DNA of 64,000 nucleotides, from NCBI GenBank assembly GCA_003344405.1, contig NOWV01000016.1:310001-374000 (forward strand), written 5' to 3'. A program made the translations under genes and the position numbers. This DNA comes from Trichoplax sp. H2. Lineage: Eukaryota. The notes beneath the pieces were generated by a model. The model did no database searches. It saw only the letters and a list, made by a program, of their open reading frames with translations, and had not been told where the DNA came from. Shown here in pieces: positions 18,011-29,980 of this stretch (within the stretch, counting starts at the first letter, position 1; every line of letters begins with the position of its first letter).

Positions 18011-19529
18011 AACATGGAAATAACTTATGATACAGTATATGGATTCCTGAGTTTTCGACAATACAGTAAAACGGCAAGTAAAAAACTGTGCAGAAAAAGC
18101 ACTAGACTGGACCATCTGTGACCACCCATCCACATATGAGAAAGACATATGAATGGATCTTGTCATAATTATTTACTGTATGCATCTTGTTTCATATAAA
18201 ACAGATGAAATAACTCGGCCGAGCATTGTTATTGCAAAACAAAATTGAAATAGTACGTCATAAACTGTTTACTACAGTATATTTCAATATTGGAGATAGG
18301 GTTACCTAACTCAAACGATTGCACGACTTCAACATTTTCACTCATTCAGCGTACTAATAACATTCCTACCACTGCATAGTGGACTCCTCTTTCGCGCATT
18401 GCACCTACAGTAGTGTACGTAGTAGCTTTCTCATTTGTGTTCGATGTAAATGGCAGTAATGCAATGGGTAACACTTTGTACTGCAAAACAATGCACTATT
18501 CTGCTATCCGATTTTTCATCAATGGTATTAATCGGTTTGGTACAAACTAACTTTCTATGCGGTGCCAAGATGATATAAAATAAATAAATAAATTATTGCT
18601 GATTTTAGTTGAACACACATCTTCAAGATTCCAGGCTTTTTCCTCTTTTACCATCCATCTTCTATACTCTATACTATAAGTATAGTATCAGTTTTCTTCT
18701 CAGCTCTATGATACGCATTTCGTATATGCGCATAGGATTTACAAATTATGTCTATGCAAATACCGTGGAAAGCAGATGACTACCCTTAACGATTTCTTTG
18801 ACCATCCTGTGGACTTTCGAGAAAAACATTTGAATTTATTGCCCTTCATGATTAATCATATAATTACATGTATAACATGGTAATCAGTTAAATACGCGTA
18901 TCTATCAATAAATCAATCTACCAGTAATCGTATATCATCATATTAAAGCTTTCAGACAGAGTTGTGATTTCCTAGGTATTGTATTTACGTTGCTGTTCCA
19001 TTAGTTATTCTACTGCTAAAGCTTAGCATACTTTTTTCGGAAAAATAGATACAATACAATAAAACAGTGAAAATAATCAATGGTGATGCAAGTAGATGTA
19101 GCAACTGGCGAAGAAAATCTCTTACAAAACGTAATGAATGTCTGTAAAATTATCATATCATTATAGCATTGGCGTTGTTAGTTATCAAACAAATAGAAAT
19201 TTTTAAGCGGTTTACTCTTATTTGGATGAATAATCGTTTCATTGTCAGCAAATTAAGGATACATCTACTCAGTAGACTAGTATCCAGCTTTATATTTTGC
19301 TATCTTGCATGTAATGACAAGTATTTACTTATATATATATATACTCGAATGTTGCGAATTACATCGAAAGTATATCAAGAAATTGAGTATGGTACTGCTA
19401 TTGTATGAAAATTTCATACGATGGCAATAACAAAAGCTTACACACTTATCCCTAATATTCAAATATTGAAAGGATATCATTTAACTACATAGATTTAGCT
19501 TGATATACAAAGTATAATATGAAGTCGCT

Positions 19530-22334
19530 TTAATTAGCAGCGACAGCTTCACTACTTTTGCTTTCTTTCTTGACTTTGTAATCTTTAATCGCAGCTCTGA
19601 TAGCATCTTCCGCAAGCACTAAAAAAGATTAATGAATAATATATATTCAAAATCTATAACATAATGTTATCGATAATACCTGAAAGTAATCAACATTACG
19701 ATCAAAAGATAAATTGCTGTCAATGACTGTCTAATGAAAGACTTTGTAATAGCATGTAATTTTAATACACAAAATCATTTGTAACTGTATCGATTACACT
19801 GATTTCATAACACAGAAAGCTATGCTTATCGATGGCCTTCTTAATTCATCTTGATATGGATGAACTTACTTGAACAGTGTAACTTCACTGGTGGTAAAGA
19901 TAGTTCTTTTGCAATATCAGAATTTCTAATCTTCTTTGCGTCATCAATCTAAAATTATGAGAAGATAATAACGGGATTGACTGAAATTGCAATCTGAATA
20001 TTATAAATGCAAATCTATCTCTTGCTTATTCAACTAGGATCGTAAACAATGAATAAGAGATCATAATAGACTGTATTGAGATGTAGTGAATATGGATTAC
20101 ACACTTACAAGTTAGCCTACTATATTACATGCTGAAATACTAGCGCAGTAATATCGTAACCCGACAAACAGCAGACATTAAAAAATTCTTGCAAGTGAAA
20201 TACTGTATGTTTAACATTGCATGCAAATATAATATCAATGTACGAGTACCGATTTTCCTTTGATCCATTCAGTCGCTAGAGAACTAGAGGCGATGGCTGA
20301 TCCGCAACCAAAGGTTTTGAATCTTGCGTCCACAATTTTGCCATTATCGTCCACTTTAATCTGTGAGTAGTATTGATCGTGATTGTTTACCAATCGCATA
20401 ATGTATTACAAAATGGTGGCTATTACAATGCTGTACTGTAATGTACTGCTGATCGCTTGGAGAGTATTCAATCAGTCATACATGACGAATTGTAATAAAG
20501 AACATTTCACAGCATTTCTGTCTCGCGAGCACGTAGTGATATCTTAAAATATACAGTAAAACTGAAGCGCTAGTTCACTTTTCATATAGTAATCACTTCT
20601 TCCACTTAGTTTGTGCTCTATTTATTCTAAAGATAATATGCAAAGAATGTACGGAATGAATAAAATAAAGTATACCTGTAACTTCATAACATCGCCACAG
20701 GCAGGGGCTCCAACCAAGCCAGTCCCAACATTCTCATCGCTCTTATTGAGCGAACCAACGTTTCTTGGATTCTCATAGTGGTCAATAACCTGACGGTGAA
20801 GACAATAAATCGAACGGTCATATAAAGTTTTAAATCGGATCGTTACCGACATTTCAGTCATTAATTGTAAGTTCAACTAGTACTTGTCTCACTATTCGAT
20901 ACTCGAATACTGTTCATTGCACAATTATACATGCAGTGCTGTAGATGTGCATGTGTATGTTATCAGAGTGTAGCGCGATTGACGATTCTGACCAAATGGA
21001 ATATTTACATTGTTTATATTATTATGAGCAACAAATTAAGCGTCTTCTATCTTATTCAGGTTTCAATTGCTAATGTCCATATTCATGAAAGATTTGCAGA
21101 TTGGTTGTAATAGATCATACTGCATATTCATTAGGGTCCTTGAAAAAGGGACACTAAAATTGTCATTGCGCGATTTGTACATCAGATTGGTCGGCAACAG
21201 TAGAGCAGTTGCCTAGTAAATATAGTTTAATTTGATTAACAAGACAGTTTCTAAAATGTACAGTACAGTATATGGGATTTTCAATGACTATCGAATCTTA
21301 CCATTACGACAACTGAAAAGAGGTTTCAAAAAAAGTGGGCATAAATGTACCTACACGACTCCCCTGCCGTGGGTTAGTGGGTGTACCGGATAACATAATA
21401 CGTAAGCCGTAAGGAGTACATAAATTAATTGTACATTACCGTGTGATTTGGTTGTAAAGGTTAGGGCTATTACACTTTTGAATTCGAATATTACAGCTGT
21501 AGCTTCAAATACTACTGATAGACGTAGTTAAAATACACAGTATAAATATACGGTAAAAAATAGGACAACAACTGATGAAGAAGCATAAGCACTTTTTATC
21601 ACTACTATACAGTACAGTATCTTTATAGTTGTTTGCTAGACGTAGAGCTATAAAACAGCGTTACGCGCTTTGATGACAGTCTACTTATCAAGATAAGAGT
21701 AGAGCAATTCTAAATAGGTAGTTTACTTTGCCTTTTTATTCTCAAGATTATAGTATCGAGTTTAAGGCAATTTGATAAACCTAAAGTATATAAGAATGTA
21801 TACGTTTACAGCTTTATTCTTGGGAATATTATGGCCAAGGAGAGCGGCCATTTTAGGAGGTTGAAGATTCGTAAATTTGTTTACCACAGTTGCGTATACG
21901 CAACCACAGTCATACCGTATAGTGTGCTGTATTATATAGTACTTACGTTCATCACTATACTGTAGTAATTATAATTATTATTATGATGATGCATTCTCAA
22001 TCATTCAAAATGTTCGCCTATTTATCGTCATCTTGATAAAGTACTATCCTACACTAAGAGGTAATAGATTCTAAAGTCACCATACGAGGTTGTTTGCGTG
22101 ATATTAATGAGAATAAATGATATAGAAAATTTAGTTCAATTAATTCAGTAACCTATGAAATCAATAATTAATTCTACACTCTACAGTAATCACTTCTGGT
22201 TCAACCATGTTCATCAGCGTTATTTTTTACAGTCCGTATTTTACCTTGTCGTGATAATTTCTGGCGTACAAAGTAGCCAATACTGCATTTCGTAAGGGTG
22301 CACGGTTCAAAGCTCTTCGACCTATCGAAATCAT
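19530..22334 (-). CDS. ISCU: Iron-sulfur cluster assembly scaffold ISCU, mitochondrial; 5 exons, 160 aa
   Basis: Exons 22334-22245, 20789-20676, 20360-20250, 19948-19870 and 19618-19530 join in frame. Arg-rich presequence [15 protein letters not shown], then [42 protein letters not shown] and [16 protein letters not shown]; all three Cys and the LPPVK motif are present. Confidence 0.97.
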
Positions 22335-22479
22335 CCTTTTTTCTTTCAAATCTGTCAATAATATATTACAACCAAAACAAATTGTGGATCCAAATTTTGC
22401 AATCGGAGAAAATACACACTCGAAGGACAAGCGAATTTTGTTATTGACAGGGATGAGATTGTTTCTCAACTCTGGTAGC

Positions 22480-22700
22480 ACCGTACAAAATACTGTAGGT
22501 ATCAGTCAGCGCCTAGTAAGTTACAGTACAGAATACTGTAAGCTACAGTACAGTACTGTACGGTTAGTGCAGCACATGAACTCGACCATTTTTTTTGCCT
22601 ACTCGCTTCTCTACCCCCTAGTGGGGTAGAGAATGGTCATACACCTGTACTGCAGTACTGTACTATACAAATGTACATGCTGTACAGCGTGTACGCGCAC
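22480..22700. promoter_or_regulatory. ISCU upstream region: TACAGT/ACTGTA cluster plus an 11-bp perfect stem-loop
   Basis: Repeated tacagta/tactgta words; TTCTCTACCCC-CTAGT-GGGGTAGAGAA at 22607-22633. Confidence 0.45.
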
Positions 22701-23420
22701 GTCACATCGGTTAGAGAGTGCAGGCCGTCCAGCCGTGGTCTGAGTCTGACTTTGCATGCTTGGATGACCGTAGATCCATCCAGCGGTCTATCTGCTGTGT
22801 TATGGACTGCTGGACCGATAGACAGTTTCACTTCGATATTGAAGTCGATCGAGCGATTGATTGTTTTGGAAAATAATTCTAGATACTACGCTGTTACGTT
22901 TTCCAATATCCTCTTCTACTCAGTAACAAGGAAGATTTCGTAAAATCTTCCTTGTCAGTCCAGTAGAGCTAGAGTATTGAACTAAACCTTATTGTTTTAC
23001 CACAACGTTATATAACTGAACAGAACCAATGGTTTATTCTATAGACTTACATACCGTGAATTTAGATTGTTGAACATGTAAAACTATATGAATCAATAGC
23101 GGTCCAATTAGGAAACCGTATTAAAATCATCGACCAAAATCTTATTTCGTAACATATGCGTATAAAATCAATCAATCGATAGTTTTAAAAGAGGAAAATA
23201 CGGTGTAGAGTTATGCGTGTGCAGTAACTTTATGATCGATGACCTTAGGAACATCTCCATGGACAGAGTCCTACAGTACTACGTATTAATTAAAGTACCT
23301 CAAAAGTGCAAATCATTGTCCAGCTCTTTTCCAGCTAAATCTATACGAGAATATTTACGAGTATACGTGTGTAGGTATTATTAGCCGTAACCTATATATA
23401 TATATATACAACAATCCAGG

Positions 23421-24445
23421 ATGGCATATAATGCAAAAAAGTTGATCGAATATGAATCACCTTTCTGGGCATCTAAACTCTGCTATATTCCCCTGTATTA
23501 TGTGAAATTAGCGCAGCGGTTTACCCCGATTTAGCAAAGGGATCTTCAATCTGCGTTTCGAATAAACGCATATCGAATTTTAATATCTGTATTAAACAAG
23601 ATGATATGACTGGCTCTACATTATCAGGCAATAAAGCTCGTTCATTAGAATTTTGATTTGCTGATGCTATACAGTACATAAGAAATGCACGACAGTCTTC
23701 ACAGCTGGTGTTATTCAACCTAATCACTGTAGAGCTACTGCTGTTGCTGCGCGTCATCTTGGTTTATCAAGCTATTTATTCTTACGTTGTGATGAAGGTA
23801 CACAACCCGACGTGCAACTTCTTGCATGTACAGGTAATATTTTCCTCGACAGTATGGTAGGATCGAAAATAGTTTTGCTTCAACCTCAAGCTCAATTTGT
23901 CCCCGATATCTCACCTAGAATGCATCGACTAGCTACCCATCTAAAAAGCTCTACAGGCGATGAATGCTATCATATACCCCTTGGTGGTTCAAATGTGGCT
24001 GGCCTACTAGTTATATTGAGCGCTTTCGAGAATTGATTGAGCTAGGTTTATTTCAAAATTTCGATGATATAGTTGTTGTAAGCGGTTTCAAGGGCGTCAC
24101 ATTTTATATGTACTGCATATACAAGCAAGCATCGTTTAAGTTTACGTTTTACTATTGATTTTTTGAAGTAATATCGCTATTTCAACTTCATATTCCATAA
24201 TGACGGTTGATAGCTTGATAATATTATCTAGCTAAATTTAAAATTAACCTTCGGTATAATATAACGATTTTAGCAATTGATCCCTAATTTAATTTATATT
24301 GCTATTTAACTTTCTTTCCCCAGGTGGAATCTTTGGGACATACGATGGACGCTTTAATAATTTACTTGAGCAAGAAAGATGTACAAATGAAGATGTTATG
24401 ACTTGGGCCGCTTATCAGACTTTAATGAATGGTGAAAAGAAATAA
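23421..24445 (+). pseudogene. D-cysteine desulfhydrase-like pseudogene (copy 1)
   Basis: Aligns to the intact copy from MAYNAKKLIEY to the final exon GIFGTYDGRFNN...EKK-stop. It has an in-frame TAG (about 23532), a TGA (about 23654), several frameshifts and an internal deletion of about 330 bp. Confidence 0.92.
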
Positions 24446-24690
24446 CCTACAACTGGATTATTTATAAAGAATCTTAAATACAGTCATCAATGTATGATGC
24501 AATTAAAATAGTTACTATTATCCTTATAGCAACAAACCTGCACAGTGGCTTGATGGCGATTTTATAACGAGTCATTTTAATCCATAATATACGTACACGT
24601 ATGACACTAATATGTCTGTAGTTCAGAATTTCCAATTTCATGAAATGATATTTATAAAATGCAAAGGTAACTTAATTATTAATGAGTGTA

Positions 24691-24809
24691 TTACTATAGA
24701 TAGAGAAGACCTGGACCCCCGCGAAAAATAATAACAAAAAGATAATAAAAGGAAATAAAAAATGAAACACTAAAAATCGGATATATAAGGTCTTCTCTAT
24801 CTTACTATA
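24691..24809. mobile_element. 103-bp MITE with 14-bp TIRs and an 8-bp target-site duplication
   Basis: TTACTATA | GATAGAGAAGACCT ... AGGTCTTCTCTATC | TTACTATA; the element proper spans 24699-24801. Confidence 0.8.
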
Positions 24810-25498
24810 AATTTGGATGGATATAACTCTTCTCATACTCTACTGCTATTGCCTAGTAAATTATACTATGCATGAAGAAGCAATAAATTAATTTTTATTG
24901 CCATTAAAAGGTCGATATGAATAAGACTTAATTTATTTGTTCTCCTTTATACTTCACTCATTTTTCTAATTTTTGAATGATGAGGTATAGTATGCAGTAA
25001 ATTACTGAAGCTAACATTTCTTGTGACAGTAGCAGATTGATAACTTGTGGAGAAGTAGAGAATACTTTGCTAGTATTTCGCTACATAGAAATCTTTAGCT
25101 TTGCTGCTATAATTTCAGCTTTAAATGCTCTCTGAAAAGAACAAACTATCAATAAATAATAAATTCCTCATCTTGAGCATGACCTATTATTAGAGCAACA
25201 GGTATTTGCAAAAGTTGAAATATTCCATTTACTTTATCCTGTCGTATTCGAATTTCAATTTGGCTAATAATATAATTTATAATCTGATGAAGTACTGTAC
25301 AATCACTAATAAACCAGATACCATTAGGACCCTTTATGAAAGAGTAGTAGTAATTATAATTTAGTCTACGTTATATTAGACTTGATAACCTCTACCTGAT
25401 ATAATTGCAGAAAGAATTTTCAAGATTTTTACTATAGAATTGATGAATATGTACGGTACTTTAGAGCATATAACGTGCATTGGTACAGCACTGTACAC

Positions 25499-25977
25499 TA
25501 CTGTATCGTGGTGTGGATGGAATTCGTTCCCTTCCAATTTTCTCGATAGTAAAAGCTGTTCAAATTGAAGTTTCTTACAATGAGAAACCCTCCATTACAA
25601 CGATTAAAGTTAAATAAGACTAAAACTAAGTTAGCTAAATACAACCCTCAAGACCTCAACTACTGTATCGTGACGTGCATGGAATTCGATCCCTTCCATT
25701 TTCTCTATAGTAAAGCTGTTCAAATTGAAATTTCTTACAATGGGAAACCCTCCATTAAAACGATTAAAGTTAAATAAGACTAGAACTAAGTTAGCTAAAT
25801 ACAATCCTCAAGACCTCAACTTCTTCACTGTGCTAAAACTAAATCGAGTTTAACCATCTACATGCACAAATGTAAGAAAATCTTGATCAACAAAATTTGT
25901 AAGAAATTTTAATTTGAACAGCTTTTACTATAGAGAAAATGGAACGGACCTCATCCGATACACACCACTGTATAGTA
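25499..25977. mobile_element. Non-autonomous TIR/foldback-like element with a tandemly duplicated left arm
   Basis: Two direct copies of about 160 bp (25499-25660 and 25661-25820), plus an inverted copy of their first ~80 bp at about 25897-25977. Confidence 0.7.
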
Positions 25978-26231
25978 TACGACTTTCCGTCCTGTATTAC
26001 TACAGTAATAGTATTACTGTGGCAAAATGCCATTGGGTAGTCCATAATATAGGGCAGATACGATGACATCGGTAGCAACAGTGCTCTGTGCGGTGCTTTC
26101 ACACTTGCAATTTTTGTTTACCAGACATTACGGCAAGACTTGGGCGATTGATTTGCCAACACTTTCTACACAGTGCTTGACATTCTTTATGCTTGCTGTA
26201 GTCAATCTCGGTTGGTAAATAGCAAATAATA

Positions 26232-27740
26232 ATGGCATATAACTCACAAAATTTGATCAGATATACTCCACCTTCGTGGGCATCTACACTTTGCTACATT
26301 CCTCAGTATTACTTGAAGCTAGCACAGCGTTTGACACCAATTTATCAATGGGATCTTCCAGCTGCTTTCCCAAATCGAAGCATATCCAATTTTCAAATCT
26401 ATATTAAGCGAGATGATATGACTGGTTCTGTACTATCAGGCAATAAAGTTCGTAAATTAGAATTTCTATTAGCTGATGCATTACAGAAGAAGTGTACATC
26501 AATTCTAACTGCAGGTGGCATCCAATCCAATCATTGTCGAACTACAGCTGTTGCTGCACGCCAACTGGGTTTATCAAGCTATTTGTTCTTACGATGCGAT
26601 GAAGAGATGCGATCCAATTTACAACTTGTAGGATGTACTGGTAATGTTTTCCTCAACAGTATGGTAGCATCGAAAGTATTCTTAATTGAACGTAAAGCTC
26701 AATTTTTTCCTGATATCTTGCCTAAAATGCAACAACTATCTACCTATTTAAAGAGTACAACTGGCGATGAATGCTATTTAATACCTATCGGTGGTTCAAA
26801 CGTTATTGGCTTATTTGGCTATATTGAATGTTTCCGAGAACTAGTTGAGCAAGGTTTATATGAAAATTTCGATGATATTGTCGTTACATGCGGTAGTGGC
26901 GGCTCAACATGTGGGCTTGCATTAAGCAATTATTTAACTGGAAGTAAAGTTAAAATGCATGCCATATGCATATGTAGTGACGCTAATTATTTCTATCAAC
27001 ACATTGATGAAACACTACAACAGTTAAAACTAAGCGATCAAGTGAAAGCGCGTGATATTGTTGATATCATTGATGGATACGCTGGTTTAGGGTATGGATT
27101 ATCAACAGAAGATGAAATGAAATTTGCTTATGATGTTTCTAAATCAACTGGGATTATACTAGACCCGGTCTATAATACTAAAGCTGTAAAGGGAATGTTA
27201 CATGAATTGGAACATAATCCTGAACGCTTCCAAGGACGTCGAATCTTGTATATCCATACAGGTACTACTTAATTTCCCATATCCTCCTATCTAGTTGATT
27301 TTTAAAAAAGTTTTGAATGACGCAGATATAAATTTTAATGTACTGTAGTATTACTGTTTTAATTTCACATTAAATGAGGCCAATTAACTTCTTGATGGTG
27401 TTTCATCGGGCAATTTAAATTCTGTTACTTCCTTAAATTGTAAGCAGTGATGCTATAAAAGTGTTTAACTCCTATAGATTTGTGTTTTGTAAAGCTATTA
27501 CAATTCATCATAAACGATTTTAAATCACTCGTGCGGTATCATCATTATATTATACTTATTTTGAAGTAAATTGATAGTGCCAAATTTTAAAAATTTCTTG
27601 GATTATAATATATTATAGGCGGTATATTTGGAGCTTATGATGGACGTTTTAATAATATGCTGGAGCAAGAAAGAAGTTCGAATGTGGAGATAATGAATTG
27701 GACTGATTATCAAACATCGATCGGTGATAACAAGAAATAG
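26232..27740 (+). CDS. D-cysteine desulfhydrase / ACC-deaminase-family PLP enzyme (intact); exons 26232-27261 and 27619-27740
   Basis: Motifs YIKRDDMTGSVLSGNKVRKLEFLLADA, GGIQSNHCR, IPIGGSN, VTCGSGGS, DGYAGLGY, GIILDPVY and spliced LYIHTGG. The Thr of HTGG is the desulfhydrase-type residue. Confidence 0.93.
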
Positions 27741-29788
27741 TTTGAAATTGGACTATTTGTAAATAATGTGTACTGAATGTGTGATGTAATTAGAGTGTTA
27801 CCACAATTTTAAAAGGACTGTTTCGATGCTGTAACTGGATAACAGTTTTATTTTCTAGCTAAATTTTCTTTTACCTTATTGAACGTAGTTTAGAATTTTA
27901 TTAGGTTGTTCGATTATAATTCGTCTTTAATATCTCTTTACTACTTTATTCGGTATACAGACATATGATTTCTTGCGCCGAAGTATGTCTTTATAGGGAG
28001 TAATTTAATCTATACTCACAAATTTTACAATTTCATTGCAGATTGAAAATGCACGCATATGTTACTATTACTTTACAGAAAGGTTTGATTTGGTAATATA
28101 CATGTATTACATAGGATATTGGTTACATGCGAGTAGTTTTATGATAGTAACATTCTACTATTGTTAATGTATTAAATGTCATATCAGCATAATGTTTTAC
28201 AGTGGATAATTTAGAAATACATTATTGTGAGCGATCACGTATTCACAACTATAGATATCTATCAATGATCGATTTTAATTCTGATCTGGTTACTATATGT
28301 TGGATAGGAAAATTTTCTCAACAGAGATTACTGATGATAGTATATGCTGTATTATATAAAAAATTTTTATAGCTATTTGTCGTCTCAGTTTTCGATGTCT
28401 GATCATTAAAATGACTGTGCTTTTTCTCGATTATTAACGTAGTATTATGAAGTCTCAAAGTTTATATTTACCAAGATGCGGGTTACTGTAGAAACATAAA
28501 TACAAATGTGTGATCAGCAATCATTAATTCCTTCTACGGTCGGCAATGCATACGCCTAAGAGCAAATATCTCTTCATTAAACGTCAAAAAATTTTGCTAC
28601 TGTAGACTATTTGCAAGATGTATGGCAGTATTTTATCTTGTCTCGCTCGAATTTATTACTCTACAGTGCTACTGTTTGGCATATTATATTATTATTATCC
28701 ATGAAATGAGTATCGATTGAATTGATTTACTATCTCTTAGATCATAGAAGTTAATTCTTGCATACTCCATTTTTCATTTATTAATAAATTGATTAATGAG
28801 ATAATGTAAGACATGATAATATTGTATGTGATACAGAAGACCTCTAGCCACTAAATGAATCTACTTTCGTATACAAAGAGAGAACCATGTACACTGTACA
28901 CTGAGCGTACAGGGTTCTAAATTATCTAGTCATTAGATTTTATAGAACATGCGGTGGTTATCAGTAATAATTTTATAAAATATTCTATTATATCAAATTC
29001 ATGTAAATATCTTAAAAATTTTTTGGATAGAGATTAGATTAATTGAATAACGAATATACTCTGTCGTTGTAAACATTACTTACGATATAAGCTGTTGCTA
29101 TGCGACTTTCTACAGCAATTAATATTTAATGTTATTATAATTAATTACTATCTATTTCTACATTTCATATATCTTTAATTGAATTGAAATATATATATCT
29201 ACTGACATGGCCGTAATAGATCGCTACATTACGAGAAAATCAGATGAATATTAAGGTACAAAATTCTAAATCCGCATATGCACGCATTGAGAGTTTTTAT
29301 AGCAGTCTCTGCTCTCTTTCATGTCGCTAACCACTATCAGTGTGCTGCATTGAGTGGCACAAGTATCGTAATACGTGAAAATCGTCGTCCAATTTCATCT
29401 TGATGAAGTCTTTCTATGAGTAGTAGAAGATGAAAAGGTCAAGGCCATGATAGTATATTTCGCATAGCGAATACTTTACTAGTTGCACCTATGTTAACTG
29501 GGTTTTCTTCTACTGTATAGTATTACACAGCAACGTAGCCCCATGGTACAGTACATTGTATAATAAAAATATGCACTACACTGTATGTTGTCATGGTACC
29601 TCCCAAGAGTCCTACAGTGCTGTAGATGTAGTTTGCTCGATGAACAGTGATGGCGGGATTATTATATACAGTAGTTCACAACTCAGAAAATAAGAACTGG
29701 CTTATTAATTAATTCATTATAAATATCAGCGCTATCATTTTAGATGGTCAAGACGAAGCCTAACCAGCTATCGTTGATGCAAATAATG

Positions 29789-29980
29789 ATGGCATATGAC
29801 ATACAAAACTTGATCGAATATATTCCACCTTCCTGGATATCTAAACTTTGCTACGTTGCTCAATACTATGTAAGACAAACGCAGCCATTTACCCTATCTA
29901 TCAATGGGATCTTCCAGTTACTTTCCCAAATCGAAGCATATCCAATTTTCAAATCTATATTTAAACGAGATGATATAACA
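29789..29980 (+). pseudogene. 5' fragment of a D-cysteine desulfhydrase-like gene (copy 3)
   Basis: MAYDIQNLIEYIPPSWISKLCY... matches the intact N-terminus. It is frameshifted, and similarity stops just after KRDD. Confidence 0.88.

Noticed and set aside
17566..18166. Overlapping 78-144 aa ORFs rich in Y/C/T/V
   Set aside because: Produced by the low-complexity TACAGT repeats.
23654..23656. In-frame TGA as selenocysteine
   Set aside because: It aligns to Leu in the intact copy and is surrounded by frameshifts and a TAG stop.
26232..27740. True ACC deaminase, or bacterial contamination
   Set aside because: Lacks the Glu/Leu signature; has a spliceosomal intron, host-like composition and local paralogues.
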